In this document: piece after piece, positions 40,412-50,384 of the stretch
Numbering within the stretch: the stretch's first letter is position 1
Layout: every line of letters starts with the position of its first letter
Assembly (NCBI GenBank): GCA_039630575.1
Contig: JBCNUW010000005.1
Location: 23,949-87,948 of the forward strand
Direction of reading: 5' to 3'
DNA: 64,000 nt
Source of the DNA: Candidatus Hydrothermales bacterium
GTDB lineage: Bacteria; Hydrothermota; Hydrothermia; Hydrothermales; JAJRUZ01
Translations under genes and position numbers: made by a program
Notes under the pieces: generated by a model
Seen by the model: only the letters and a program-made list of their open reading frames with translations
What the model was told of the DNA's origin: nothing
The model's database searches: none

Positions 40412-41232
40412 GAAGATTTTATAAAAAAGTTAAAAGATGGATTATTTCTTTAACAGTAACTTCTCTCCTTAAGATTTTTAATTTTTATCCCATAAAATTT
40501 TATAAAATACTTGCTCTTTTTTTCTATTTTTTTCTTTCTAAGTTTAGAAAAATTGGGATTATTAATTTAAGAATTTTGAAATTTAAAAAGAAAATTCTTT
40601 GGAAAAACTTCTGTTTTATGACTTTTTGTGCTCTCAGATTTTTAAAAATAAGGAATAAAAGAGAAGATGAGATAATAAAAAACATAGAGGCTTTAAATTT
40701 TAAAACTTTTGTTGATAAGATAAATAAAAAAAGAGGTCTCCTTGTTTTTACGCTTCATTTTGGATTTTGGGAAATCATTCCAATTTACTTTTCTCTTAAA
40801 GGTTATCCTGTATGTGTAATAGCTTCGAAGGTTTATACAGATTCTATAAACAACTTTATTAACAGTATAAGAAGAAAGTTTAATGTAGAGGTTTTTCATC
40901 CAGAAAACACTTATGCACTAGCAAAGAAACTCAAAAAGGGTTATGGAGCTGGAATTCTTATGGATCAAAAACAGGGAGGGAAAAGGATTCTTGTAAATTT
41001 TTTTGGTAAGAAGGTTGAAGCCCCAACTGGTCCACTTGAAATTGCCTATAAACTAAAACCAGAAGTTCTATTAATGAAAACTCTAAACTTAAATGATAGA
41101 GATATTATTTATATTGAAAATGTTGAGTTAAGTTATAATTTAAAATATGATCTACAGAGTATATATGATAAGTTTGAAAAATGGATAAGAGAAAAACCTT
41201 GGCAATGGATACTTATACATCAAAGATTCTGA
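40408..41232 (+). CDS. lipid A biosynthesis acyltransferase (LpxL family)
   Basis: HFGFWE, LMDQ, VNFFG, PWQWILIHQRF. Confidence 0.82.
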   Translation: MRRFYKKVKRWIISLTVTSLLKIFNFYPIKFYKILALFFYFFLSKFRKIGIINLRILKFKKKILWKNFCFMTFCALRFLKIRNKREDEIIKNIEALNFKTFVDKINKKRGLLVFTLHFGFWEIIPIYFSLKGYPVCVIASKVYTDSINNFINSIRRKFNVEVFHPENTYALAKKLKKGYGAGILMDQKQGGKRILVNFFGKKVEAPTGPLEIAYKLKPEVLLMKTLNLNDRDIIYIENVELSYNLKYDLQSIYDKFEKWIREKPWQWILIHQRF

Positions 41233-41714
41233 TTTTGTTTTTTTCTATTTTTCTTTTATACTGTGAAGAAAAAAAAGTAGAGGAAATAAAATTAAGTGAA
41301 AATCTTGAAGAAACAAAAAAAGTCAAAATTGTTGAATATAAAGAAAAAGAAAAAATTTTTGAACTTTTTTCTGAAGATATAATTACCAAAGAGGATATAA
41401 TTAAGGCTAAAAATATTGAGATTATTGTATATGACAGGGGTCTAAAAACTTTACTGATAAAATCTAACTCAGGAATTTATAAAGAAAAGGAGGGCTTAGT
41501 TATACTTGAAGGTAACGTTAAAATCTGGAATTCAGAAGGAGACACTCTCTGGACAAAAGAGCTTATTTATAGCTATAACGAAGGAATCATAAAAAGTAAA
41601 TCACCTTGTGAACTTTTTCAAAAGGGTAAACATATAAAAGGTGAAGGATTTGAGAGCAAGAAACCTTTTAAGAAGATAAAAATTTTTGGAAAAGTAAAGG
41701 GTGTCTCCAAATGA
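41181..41714 (+). CDS. lptC: LPS export protein LptC
   Basis: N-terminal TM, LEGNV, DTLWTKEL, GEGFES; position in lpt operon. Start could be ATG 41205. Confidence 0.75.
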   Translation: MDKRKTLAMDTYTSKILILFFSIFLLYCEEKKVEEIKLSENLEETKKVKIVEYKEKEKIFELFSEDIITKEDIIKAKNIEIIVYDRGLKTLLIKSNSGIYKEKEGLVILEGNVKIWNSEGDTLWTKELIYSYNEGIIKSKSPCELFQKGKHIKGEGFESKKPFKKIKIFGKVKGVSK

Positions 41715-42586
41715 TCTTTTTCTTTTATTTTATCTTTTCTCTGGCTGATTATATGGCTGATGAAGTATGGGTTGAAATAAAGGAAAATAAGAAAATAATT
41801 CACGCTGTTGGTAACTTAACTTTCAAAGAGGAAAATTTTGAAACATTAGCTGATTCTGCCATTTTATTCGAAAGTGAAAGTATTGATTCAGCTTATCTTT
41901 TCAAAAATGTTAGGATTTCATCAAAAAAACTGAACATATTTTGTAGCAAAGCCTTCTTTGACTTTATTAAACAGTATGCAATCTTACACGGAAATGTAAA
42001 AATAGAAAATGATACTTTCTTAATTGAAACAGAAAGAGTTTTCTATAGTAGCAAAAAAGACTCAGCTTTTACTGATAAGGAAGTATCTATAAAAGATAAA
42101 GTAAAAAATTTAAAAATAAAAGGGTTAGGAATGATTTACCTCATAAGTAAAAAATATGGTAAAATTGATTCATTGATTCAATTAGATATAGAGGAAAAAG
42201 AGGATACGATTAAAATAAAGGGAAAAAAGCTAATTATCTTTGAAAAAAGTTTCTACGTTAAAGAAAACGTAAAAATAAAATCAAAGGATTTTTTTGCTCA
42301 ATGTGATACACTCACTTGGGAAAGTGATAGAATAACCCTATATGGTCATAAACCAAAAATAAAAACGAATGACTCTTTTCTTGAAGCCAGTTTAATTGAA
42401 ATACTTTTAAAAGATAAGAAACTAAGTAAAATTATTTCAGAAAGAGAAAGTTTTTTAAAAGCTCTTATAGAAAAAAAGGACACACTTTTTCTTTTTTCAG
42501 ATTTTCTTGAAATTTTTCTCGATGATTCACTTAAGATAGAAAAAGTTACAGCCTTTAAAAATATTGAAGGTAAAATAAAGAGATGA
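41711..42586 (+). CDS. LptA/OstA-like beta-jellyroll protein
   Basis: Repeated GNV/ADS beta motifs; lies between lptC and lptB. Confidence 0.7.
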   Translation: MIFFFYFIFSLADYMADEVWVEIKENKKIIHAVGNLTFKEENFETLADSAILFESESIDSAYLFKNVRISSKKLNIFCSKAFFDFIKQYAILHGNVKIENDTFLIETERVFYSSKKDSAFTDKEVSIKDKVKNLKIKGLGMIYLISKKYGKIDSLIQLDIEEKEDTIKIKGKKLIIFEKSFYVKENVKIKSKDFFAQCDTLTWESDRITLYGHKPKIKTNDSFLEASLIEILLKDKKLSKIISERESFLKALIEKKDTLFLFSDFLEIFLDDSLKIEKVTAFKNIEGKIKR

Positions 42587-43302
42587 TTTTAAAAACTTTA
42601 GGACTTGTAAAGATTTATAAAAAAAGGAAGGTTGTTGATAATGTTTCAATAGAGTTAAAAAGGGGAGAAATTGTTGGTCTTTTAGGTCCAAATGGAGCTG
42701 GAAAAACTACTACTTTTTACATGATCTCAGGAGTAATAAAGCCAAATGGTGGAAGAGTTTTTATAGAGGATATTGATGTGACAGATTTTCCTATGTATAA
42801 AAGAGCGAGAATGGGTATATCCTATTTACCACAAGAACCCTCTGTCTTTAGAAAACTATCGGTCTTTGATAATATATTTGGAATTCTTCAGATGAGAGGC
42901 TATAGCAATAATTTGGCTTTTAAAAAAACAGAAGAAGTTTTAAAAAAGATGGGGATTTTTCATTTGAAAGACTCAAAGGCTTATATGCTTTCAGGAGGTG
43001 AAAGAAGACGTTTAGAGGTAGCAAGAGCTTTAGTACTTGAACCAAAATTTCTTTTGTTAGATGAACCTTTTACAGGAATAGATCCAAAAACAAGAGAGGA
43101 GATACAGTCTATAATTCTGTCTCTTAAAAATGAGCAAATAGGAGTTTTGATCACTGATCATAATGTAAGGGAGACACTTGAAATAACCGACAGAGCTTAC
43201 ATAATATATGAAGGTAAAGTTTTAATTTCGGGAAAATCAGAAGAACTTGTTAAAAATGAACTTGTTAGAAAGGTTTATCTTGGTGAAAAGTTTAAGCTAT
43301 GA
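42583..43302 (+). CDS. lptB: LPS export ABC ATPase
   Basis: GPNGAGKTTTFY, YLPQEPSVFRKL, SGGERRR, ITDHNVRETL, VYLGEKF. Confidence 0.95.
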   Translation: MILKTLGLVKIYKKRKVVDNVSIELKRGEIVGLLGPNGAGKTTTFYMISGVIKPNGGRVFIEDIDVTDFPMYKRARMGISYLPQEPSVFRKLSVFDNIFGILQMRGYSNNLAFKKTEEVLKKMGIFHLKDSKAYMLSGGERRRLEVARALVLEPKFLLLDEPFTGIDPKTREEIQSIILSLKNEQIGVLITDHNVRETLEITDRAYIIYEGKVLISGKSEELVKNELVRKVYLGEKFKL

Positions 43303-44672
43303 AGGAGAAAATTAAGATAAAACAGGAGATTTCCTTAAAACCAGTTCTGTTACCTCGACTTGTTCAAATTGCAAAACTTTATTCTCTAAATCTCCTTGAA
43401 TTGAGAGAATATCTAAACAATGAACTTGAAAACAATTTTATATTGGAGAAGAAAGAAAAAAAGTTATCTGAAGTTGAAAGTGAGAGGGAAGATTTTGAAC
43501 TTAAGGAATTTTTTCAAGTTTTTTCTGAGACTGAATACTATGAAAGTAAAGAAGTTTATGAGGAAGAGGAAGATTCTCTTTCTTCAATACCCTCAAAAGG
43601 TCCTTCACTTTATGAAAGGTTGATCTATCAAATAGAATTTGCTTTTAAAGACAAAAGGGAAAAAGAATTAGCTTTAAGGCTCATTGATTATATAAACAAA
43701 GATGGTTATGTAGAAGTTGATATTAAGGAGATTTCAAAAGAACTTAACGTTAATGTTGAGGAGATTGAAAATGTTAGAAAAAGGATGTTGCAACTTGATC
43801 CTGTTGGTGTAGCTGCAGTTGATTTAAGAGAGGCTCTTCTTGCCCAGCTTGAAGTGAGAAAAATGGAAAATACTCTTGCTTACCAGATAGTGAGGGATTA
43901 TTTTGATAAATTAAAAGAGTCAAAGCAAGAACTTTTAAATATTTTAAATAAAAAAAGAGAAGAAATTGAGGAAGCATTAATTTTGATAAAAAAACTAAAT
44001 TTTAAACCTGGAGCTATATACTCTGAAGAGAACCCTGAATATGTTGTTCCAGAATACGTAATAAAGTTAAGAAATGGTGATATTGTTATTGAAGAGATAA
44101 AAGGCTTACTACCACAGATAAGGCTAAATAAATGCTACCTTAAATTACTTGAAAAAGAAAATACCCCGAGTGATGTTAAGAAGTTTATTAAGGATTATGT
44201 AAGAAAAGCCAAAACTTTCTTTGAACTTTTGAGTGAAAGAAAAAGAAAGATTGAAGAGGTGTTAAACTTTATAGTAAATTTTCAAAGAGAATTTATTACA
44301 AGCTTTGAAGGTAAGCTAAAACCTATTTCTCAAAGTGAAGCAGCAAGAAGGCTCAACCTATCTGTTTCTGCTTTGCATAGAATAATAACCGGGAAATATG
44401 TTGCTACCCCAAGAGGAATCTTTGAATTAAAGTTTTTCTTTCCAAGGGGGTTAAGGACCAAAAAAGGTAAAACTGTTGATAGAGAGGATCTCAAAAATTT
44501 TATAAAAGATTTAATTGAAAAAGAAACAATAAATTCACCTTTAACTGATAGCAAAATAAGGGAGATCATAAAAGCTAAAAAGGGAATTGAAATAACAAGA
44601 AGAGAGGTTTGCAAGTTAAGAAAAGAATTAGGTATAGAGAGTTCTATAAAAAGAAAACTAAAATCTGTTTAG
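43299..44672 (+). CDS. rpoN: RNA polymerase sigma-54 factor (divergent)
   Basis: QLDPVGVAAVDLRE.LL.QL, KYVATPRGIFELKFFF, PLTD; follows lptB; RpoN box altered to TRREVCKLR. Confidence 0.85.
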   Translation: MKEKIKIKQEISLKPVLLPRLVQIAKLYSLNLLELREYLNNELENNFILEKKEKKLSEVESEREDFELKEFFQVFSETEYYESKEVYEEEEDSLSSIPSKGPSLYERLIYQIEFAFKDKREKELALRLIDYINKDGYVEVDIKEISKELNVNVEEIENVRKRMLQLDPVGVAAVDLREALLAQLEVRKMENTLAYQIVRDYFDKLKESKQELLNILNKKREEIEEALILIKKLNFKPGAIYSEENPEYVVPEYVIKLRNGDIVIEEIKGLLPQIRLNKCYLKLLEKENTPSDVKKFIKDYVRKAKTFFELLSERKRKIEEVLNFIVNFQREFITSFEGKLKPISQSEAARRLNLSVSALHRIITGKYVATPRGIFELKFFFPRGLRTKKGKTVDREDLKNFIKDLIEKETINSPLTDSKIREIIKAKKGIEITRREVCKLRKELGIESSIKRKLKSV

Positions 44673-45515
44673 AAGAATTCCTAATACAATTATTAAAAGA
44701 CCGATTATTGAGCTTAACATAATCTTTTCTTTCAAAATCAGACTTATTAAGAAAAGTGAAATAAATGGAGAGAGATATATCAAATTTGAGGTAACAGCGA
44801 TGTTCTTTGATTTTTTTAAAGCGTATAACCATATCAAATATGTTACGCCCATTTCAAATAAACCTATATAGATGGAACCAATAAGACCTTTTAGAGGAGG
44901 AATTCTTATAGAATCTGTAAAAATCTGTGTTAAGAAAATATATAAAAAACCAAAAAGGAAATTTGTTGTTAATTTTTCTATATCACTTCTTTTATCTTTT
45001 AAATTTAAAATCCAGTATGAAGAAAATATAAAAGAACTTAGAAGGGCTAAAACTGCTCCAAGTTTACTTTCGACTTTGATTGTTTTAAATTCTCCTTCAG
45101 TAGCAATTACAATAACACCCAAAAAGCTTACGAGAAGTGATATAATGTTTATGAACCTAATTTTAGTTTTCAGAAAAAAAGTTGAAAGAAAGGTTAAAAT
45201 AATAGGCCAGGTATAGTTTAGAGGTTGGGCAATTTGTGCTCTAAGTAGCGAGTAGGCTTTAAAAAGTACAAGATAATAAAGATAGGGATTTAGAAATCCT
45301 AATATTATTGAGTTGAAAATTTCTCTTTTTGATATTTTAAATAAATTTTTTTTAAAGTTTAAAAAGTAAATTAAAAATAAAATTAAAAAAGATGTTAAGG
45401 AAGAATAAAAGAGCATTTCTTTAAAAGTAATGTATTTAAGGGTAAGTTTAAATGATGTAGCTACCGTTGACCATAAAAATGTAGCTAAAAGGGAAAATAT
45501 TAAACCTCTATCCAT
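44658..45515 (-). CDS. DMT/EamA family transporter
   Basis: About 10 TM helices, WSTVATSFK, LNYTWP, GLFEMG, LIYLSPF. Confidence 0.88.
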   Translation of the reverse strand: MDRGLIFSLLATFLWSTVATSFKLTLKYITFKEMLFYSSLTSFLILFLIYFLNFKKNLFKISKREIFNSIILGFLNPYLYYLVLFKAYSLLRAQIAQPLNYTWPIILTFLSTFFLKTKIRFINIISLLVSFLGVIVIATEGEFKTIKVESKLGAVLALLSSFIFSSYWILNLKDKRSDIEKLTTNFLFGFLYIFLTQIFTDSIRIPPLKGLIGSIYIGLFEMGVTYLIWLYALKKSKNIAVTSNLIYLSPFISLFLISLILKEKIMLSSIIGLLIIVLGILLNRF

Positions 45516-46798
45516 TTTTTATAAAATTCTTCAAATAAGTAAACATCTCTTCTAAAATTCTTTTTATCATAATTTCTCAAATAAAATAGAAGGTCGCAAG
45601 TTGAGTAATCTCTGTTTTGTTTTTGTAAATCTCCTAATTCTTCTATCAAATTTTTTACACTTTCTTCTAATTGAATTTTTTTTTCTTCCTTTTGTACAAA
45701 AAACCTCACAAATTTAAAAACTTTAAGCAAATTGAACCATAGGTAAAAGTTTTTTATATATGTTTTTTTACTTTTTGTTCTTGACATTATCTTTCTTATT
45801 TCCCTCTCAACTTTTTCTTTTAAAAGGAATTCTTTTAAGAGAGGGTGAAGATCATTAAGAGATTTTTCGCCTATGATAAAATATTTTAAATTTTTGAGCT
45901 CTTTGAAAGGCTCAAAGGAAGTTGAGTAGTAGAATTTTTCTTTACCATCAATATAATCCTTTAAAGCCTTACCTGTTCCGAAGGGAACTCTTTCAGAAAC
46001 TCTTGCCTTTGGGTAGACACAGGTATTAACTATTTCAGTAAATTTAATATTTGGTAAGATTTTTTGCACAAAATAGAAATCTTCCCCTGCCTTTCTTTTT
46101 GATTTAAATCCCCCAAATTTTGAATAAGTGTCAGCTTTAAATACAAAACATGAGCCAACTGTATAAGACACAAAAGGGTAATCGGAAAATAAAAGAGAAT
46201 TTTTGTAAAATCTTAAAAAAAGTTCATAGTATATTATCCCCTTTTTTAATCTCTCATCTTTTAAATTTTCAAATGGATGTTCGAAATAAATATGTGAAAA
46301 ATCCGACTCTGTAGTTTTGAAAGTTTTAATGATTTCTTCAAAGTAGTTTTCCTTAACAAAACAATCAGCGTCAAGAGTTGCAATTAATCCCTTTTCATTT
46401 CCTAAATAAAGATATCTGAATATAGCCTCATCACATAAAATTTTTCTTGCGTTTCCAATACCAAATTTTTTTCTTGGAATATTTTTTAGGTATATGCTGT
46501 ATATTCTTAAATTTTCTTCCTCCAATTCTTTCTTTTTTAAATTAAAAAATCTTAATATTTCTATATGTTTATTTATCACAATTTCTGTTGGATCTTCTGG
46601 CTCGTTTACTAAAAATATCAACTCTATTTTGAATTCTCTTTTATAAGCTCTTCTTAAAGATTCTATTAAAATTTCTAAATTATCAATATCTTCATTATAT
46701 ATAGGAACTGTTACAATTAAATCAAGTCCTTTGATGGGTCTTTCTTCTAAAAAAGGTTTGTGTATACAAAATTTATTTATGTAATTTTCAAGAATCAA
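45500..46798 (-). CDS. family 2 glycosyltransferase-like protein
   Basis: VPIYNE, GNARK, LDADC, AGEDFYF, RVPFGTG. Confidence 0.8.
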   Translation of the reverse strand: MILENYINKFCIHKPFLEERPIKGLDLIVTVPIYNEDIDNLEILIESLRRAYKREFKIELIFLVNEPEDPTEIVINKHIEILRFFNLKKKELEEENLRIYSIYLKNIPRKKFGIGNARKILCDEAIFRYLYLGNEKGLIATLDADCFVKENYFEEIIKTFKTTESDFSHIYFEHPFENLKDERLKKGIIYYELFLRFYKNSLLFSDYPFVSYTVGSCFVFKADTYSKFGGFKSKRKAGEDFYFVQKILPNIKFTEIVNTCVYPKARVSERVPFGTGKALKDYIDGKEKFYYSTSFEPFKELKNLKYFIIGEKSLNDLHPLLKEFLLKEKVEREIRKIMSRTKSKKTYIKNFYLWFNLLKVFKFVRFFVQKEEKKIQLEESVKNLIEELGDLQKQNRDYSTCDLLFYLRNYDKKNFRRDVYLFEEFYKKWIEV

Positions 46799-47259
46799 AG
46801 GTACCTTAAAACTTCTTCAACATGACCCTCTACCTTTACATCATAAAAGACTTTTCTTATTATGCCTTCTTCGTCAATTATGAAGGTAGACCTTACTATT
46901 CCTTTTGTAGTTTTTCCATATCTATTCTTTTTAACACAGACATTATAAACTTCCGGAATTTTGCAATTTGGATCGGAAAGTAAATTAAAGTTTAATTGGT
47001 ATTTATTTTTAAAATTCTTGTGCGATTTTATTGAATCTTTGCTTATACCTACAATTACAGCTCCTTTTTTCTTTATTTCTACCAAATTATCTCTAAAGGA
47101 AATAGCTTCCTTTGTACAGCCTGGAGTGTTATCTTTTGGATAAAAGTAAAGAACAACTTTCCTTCCCCTAAATTCTTCAATAGAGATTTCCCTCTCTTCA
47201 CCCCTTTCATCAATTCCCATTAACTTAAAATATGGTGCTCTTTCACCTTCCTTTAACAT
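46795..47259 (-). CDS. bcp: thioredoxin-dependent peroxiredoxin
   Basis: LYFYPKDNTPGCTKEA, RSTFIID. Confidence 0.92.
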   Translation of the reverse strand: MLKEGERAPYFKLMGIDERGEEREISIEEFRGRKVVLYFYPKDNTPGCTKEAISFRDNLVEIKKKGAVIVGISKDSIKSHKNFKNKYQLNFNLLSDPNCKIPEVYNVCVKKNRYGKTTKGIVRSTFIIDEEGIIRKVFYDVKVEGHVEEVLRYL

Positions 47260-47319
47260 TTTTTCCCTCCTTTTTACATTCTTAATTTTATGTTCTATTT
47301 TTTTCCTTATGCAAAGTTA

Positions 47320-48360
47320 TTATAGAGACTTTATAAACTTTTTTTGTTTTTCATCATAGTCTTTTATTTTTTCAATAAATTCAAATTTTATTTTCCCTTT
47401 TAATATATCTTTTACTATATTAGTGAGATTTTCTATTTTATCAACCAAGATTCCAGATCCAGTAGATTCTAAAAATTTTGTATTTCCCGTTTCTTGACCA
47501 GGAAGTGGGTCAATTGCAATTAGTGGTTTTTGAAGATAATTACACTCTGCAACTGTGCTGCCACCTGGTTTTGAAATTATAGCAAGAGAATTGCTCATCA
47601 AATCATGTATCTTTTCTGTATAACCAATTATTTGAATTTGATGAAGTTCTTCTTTTTCTTTTATATTTAATAATTTTTTTTCAATTTTTACATTTGTTCC
47701 ACATACATATAATTGTTTGAAGTTTAGATTTTTTAGTTCTTTGAATACATGGAAAATTGGACCTGCTCCTCTGCCGCCACCCATAACAAGAATGTAATTA
47801 TTACTGAATGAACTAATTTTTCTAAATCCTCTTCTTACTGGATATCCTAAAACTTCAAAGTTTCCCTTTAAAGATTTATTTCTTTCTAGTTCTTTTTTTG
47901 AATATTCAGAAGGAAGCCAAAGTAAATCGTAACCCTCCACAGTCCAAGCTTTATGAATTTCACCGAAATCAGTTATAACAGAAATAACTTTGAATTTATA
48001 TTTTCCCTTCAATTCATAGAGTATGGGAACATAAAAAGGGTGGGTAGAAAAAATTACTTTTGGTCTTATCTCTTTAATAATTGATCTTATGATATCTTTA
48101 AGAAAGAAGTTTTGAATTTTTACAAATTTTTTGTAACTTTCATTATTAGAAAGGTAAAAGAAAAATTTCCATAAGGAGGGATAATTTGCTAAAAAATAAT
48201 AAATTTTATCAGAGATTGAGAATGGGAATTTAGATTTCTTTAGGACATCAAAGATAAAGGTTTTTTCACCTTTAAAATCTTCTAAGAGATTCTTAATAGA
48301 AATTCCCGCTATTTTATGACCTGCACCGGTAGACGAAATTAAAATTAAAAAATTTTTCAA
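47320..48360 (-). CDS. MGDG synthase / UgtP-like glycosyltransferase
   Basis: STGAGH, STHPF, ITDFG.IH, GYPVR, KPGGST, PGQE. Confidence 0.85.
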   Translation of the reverse strand: MKNFLILISSTGAGHKIAGISIKNLLEDFKGEKTFIFDVLKKSKFPFSISDKIYYFLANYPSLWKFFFYLSNNESYKKFVKIQNFFLKDIIRSIIKEIRPKVIFSTHPFYVPILYELKGKYKFKVISVITDFGEIHKAWTVEGYDLLWLPSEYSKKELERNKSLKGNFEVLGYPVRRGFRKISSFSNNYILVMGGGRGAGPIFHVFKELKNLNFKQLYVCGTNVKIEKKLLNIKEKEELHQIQIIGYTEKIHDLMSNSLAIISKPGGSTVAECNYLQKPLIAIDPLPGQETGNTKFLESTGSGILVDKIENLTNIVKDILKGKIKFEFIEKIKDYDEKQKKFIKSL

Positions 48361-48382
48361 AATCCAATATTATTATAATATT

Positions 48383-48411
48383 TTGAAAATATTTTTTTCT
48401 TTAAGTATAAT
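48383..48411 (+). promoter_or_regulatory. sigma70-type promoter
   Basis: TTGAAA-17 bp-TATAAT. Confidence 0.7.
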
Positions 48412-48419
48412 TATAAAAA

Positions 48420-48479
48420 AAAGGGGAGAGGACATATAAATTTCCGTCCCCTGGGTTTTAAAACCTCCCTCTCCCCTTT
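48420..48479. other. GC-rich stem-loop in divergent intergenic region (candidate small RNA or attenuator)
   Basis: 12-bp inverted repeat AAAGGGGAGAGG / CCTCTCCCCTTT enclosing 36 nt. Confidence 0.6.
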
Positions 48480-48513
48480 AATTTTTGATTTTATTTAACC
48501 TATAATTAAAGTT

Positions 48514-49491
48514 ATGGCTACTGAGATAATCTCTGTAGGTCACTATGTGCCTCAGAGTATGCTATCAAATTTTGATCTTGAGAAAATAGTTGAAACATCT
48601 GATGAATGGATAACAGAAAGAACAGGTATAAAGGAAAGAAGAATTGCTGAGCCTGGTATTGCAACAAGTGATCTTGCCAAAGAAGCTGCAAATTTAGCTC
48701 TTAAAAGAGCAAATCTATCTCCCGATGATATAGATGTTTTAATTGTATCTACCGCAACTCCAGATACATATGTTGTATCAACTGCTTGTCATACTCAAGA
48801 TAAAATAGGAGCAAGGAATGCTTATGCTTTTGATATATGGGCTGCTTGTCCAGGCTTTATTTATGGTTTAAAGATTGCAAAGAGTCTTATAAATAGTGGA
48901 GAAGCTAAAACTGTTTTGGTGATTGGTGCTGAAACACTTTCTAGATTTGTCGATTGGGAGGATAGAGCAACCTGTGTGCTTTTTGGTGATGGTGCAGGTG
49001 CTGTGATAGTTGGGAATTCTAAAAATGATGAAAAGATTATTGATGTTTTTCTCGGTTCTGATGGTTCTTTAAAGGATCTTCTGATAATGCCTGCTGGTGG
49101 TGCTCTAAAACCCTTCTCCCCTGAAGTTTATTATAAAAGAGAATGTTATATAAAAATGAAGGGTAGAGAAGTTTTTAAAAATGCTGTTTTAAAGATGGAA
49201 GAAGCTGTTGATATAATTTTAAGTAGAAATAACATAAAACCCGAAGAAATTAACTTTTTTATACCTCACCAAGCCAACATTAGAATTATAGAGGCTTTAA
49301 GAGAGAGATTAAAGTTACCTAATCATAAAGTTTATGTAAATATTGAAAAATATGGAAATACATCAGCAGCATCAATTCCTATAGCTCTGTCAGAGATGGA
49401 AGAAAAGGGTCTTTTAAAAAGAGGGCATCTTCTTTTACTTGTGAGTTTTGGAGCAGGTTTTACTTGGGGATCTGCACTTATTAGATGGTAA
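48514..49491 (+). CDS. fabH: beta-ketoacyl-ACP synthase III
   Basis: ETSDEWITERTGI, AACPGF, LFGDGAGA, PHQANIRI, GNTSAAS. Confidence 0.95.
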   Translation: MATEIISVGHYVPQSMLSNFDLEKIVETSDEWITERTGIKERRIAEPGIATSDLAKEAANLALKRANLSPDDIDVLIVSTATPDTYVVSTACHTQDKIGARNAYAFDIWAACPGFIYGLKIAKSLINSGEAKTVLVIGAETLSRFVDWEDRATCVLFGDGAGAVIVGNSKNDEKIIDVFLGSDGSLKDLLIMPAGGALKPFSPEVYYKRECYIKMKGREVFKNAVLKMEEAVDIILSRNNIKPEEINFFIPHQANIRIIEALRERLKLPNHKVYVNIEKYGNTSAASIPIALSEMEEKGLLKRGHLLLLVSFGAGFTWGSALIRW

Positions 49492-50384
49492 GATCAATTT
49501 TTTTTACAGGACAGGGTTCACAGTTTGTTTCAATGGGAATCGAACTTTATAAGAAGAATGAGATTTTTAAAAAAATAGTAGATGAAGCTGAGAAAATTCT
49601 TGAAATGCCACTTAAAAAACTTATGTTTGAAGGTCCTGAAGAAGAATTGACACTTACAAAGAATGCTCAACCTGCAATCTTAACTGTTGGGGTTGGAAAA
49701 TTTGAAGTATATAAGGAAAAGAATGGTTTAGAGGGAATAGAATATGCCTTGGGTCATTCTCTTGGAGAATTCGGAGCACTTTATGCCTCGGAGGTTTTAG
49801 GTTTTGAGAGTGTGTTTAAACTTGTCAAAATAAGAGGTTTGCTTATGAATCAAGCGGGAGAAAAGACAAAAGGGACAATGGCAGTGGCTATCGGTATGGG
49901 GAAAGAAGAAGCTTTAGAAATAATAGATGAGATTAAAGATGAAAATCTTGTTATTGCGAATTACAATACACAGGAGCAGTACATTGTTTCAGGACCGGTT
50001 TTAAGTATTGAAAAGTTTATGGAACTTTCTAAAAAGAGAGGTTATAAAAAGGTAATAAAGCTTAATGTTTCAGCTGCTTTTCACTCACCTTTAATGAGAG
50101 AAGCTGCTTTAGAGTTTGAAAAATATATAGATAAAGAAGTGTTTAAAAAACCAAACTTAAAGGTAATTCAAAACTTTACTGGTAAAGCTCATGATGATCC
50201 AGATGAAATTAAAGAAAATTTAAAAAAACAGATTTTATCTCCAGTTTTATTTATTGATTCAGTTTTATATTTAACAAATTTGGGGGTAAAAAGTGGAATA
50301 GAATTTGGCCCAAAACCAATATTAAAGGGGTTGGTTGCAAGAATAGACGGTAGTTTTTCCTTAGAGTTTTTTGATGGATATTAG
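49485..50384 (+). CDS. fabD: malonyl-CoA:ACP transacylase
   Basis: GQGSQ, AQPA, GHSLGE, VSAAFHS. Confidence 0.95.
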   Translation: MVRSIFFTGQGSQFVSMGIELYKKNEIFKKIVDEAEKILEMPLKKLMFEGPEEELTLTKNAQPAILTVGVGKFEVYKEKNGLEGIEYALGHSLGEFGALYASEVLGFESVFKLVKIRGLLMNQAGEKTKGTMAVAIGMGKEEALEIIDEIKDENLVIANYNTQEQYIVSGPVLSIEKFMELSKKRGYKKVIKLNVSAAFHSPLMREAALEFEKYIDKEVFKKPNLKVIQNFTGKAHDDPDEIKENLKKQILSPVLFIDSVLYLTNLGVKSGIEFGPKPILKGLVARIDGSFSLEFFDGY

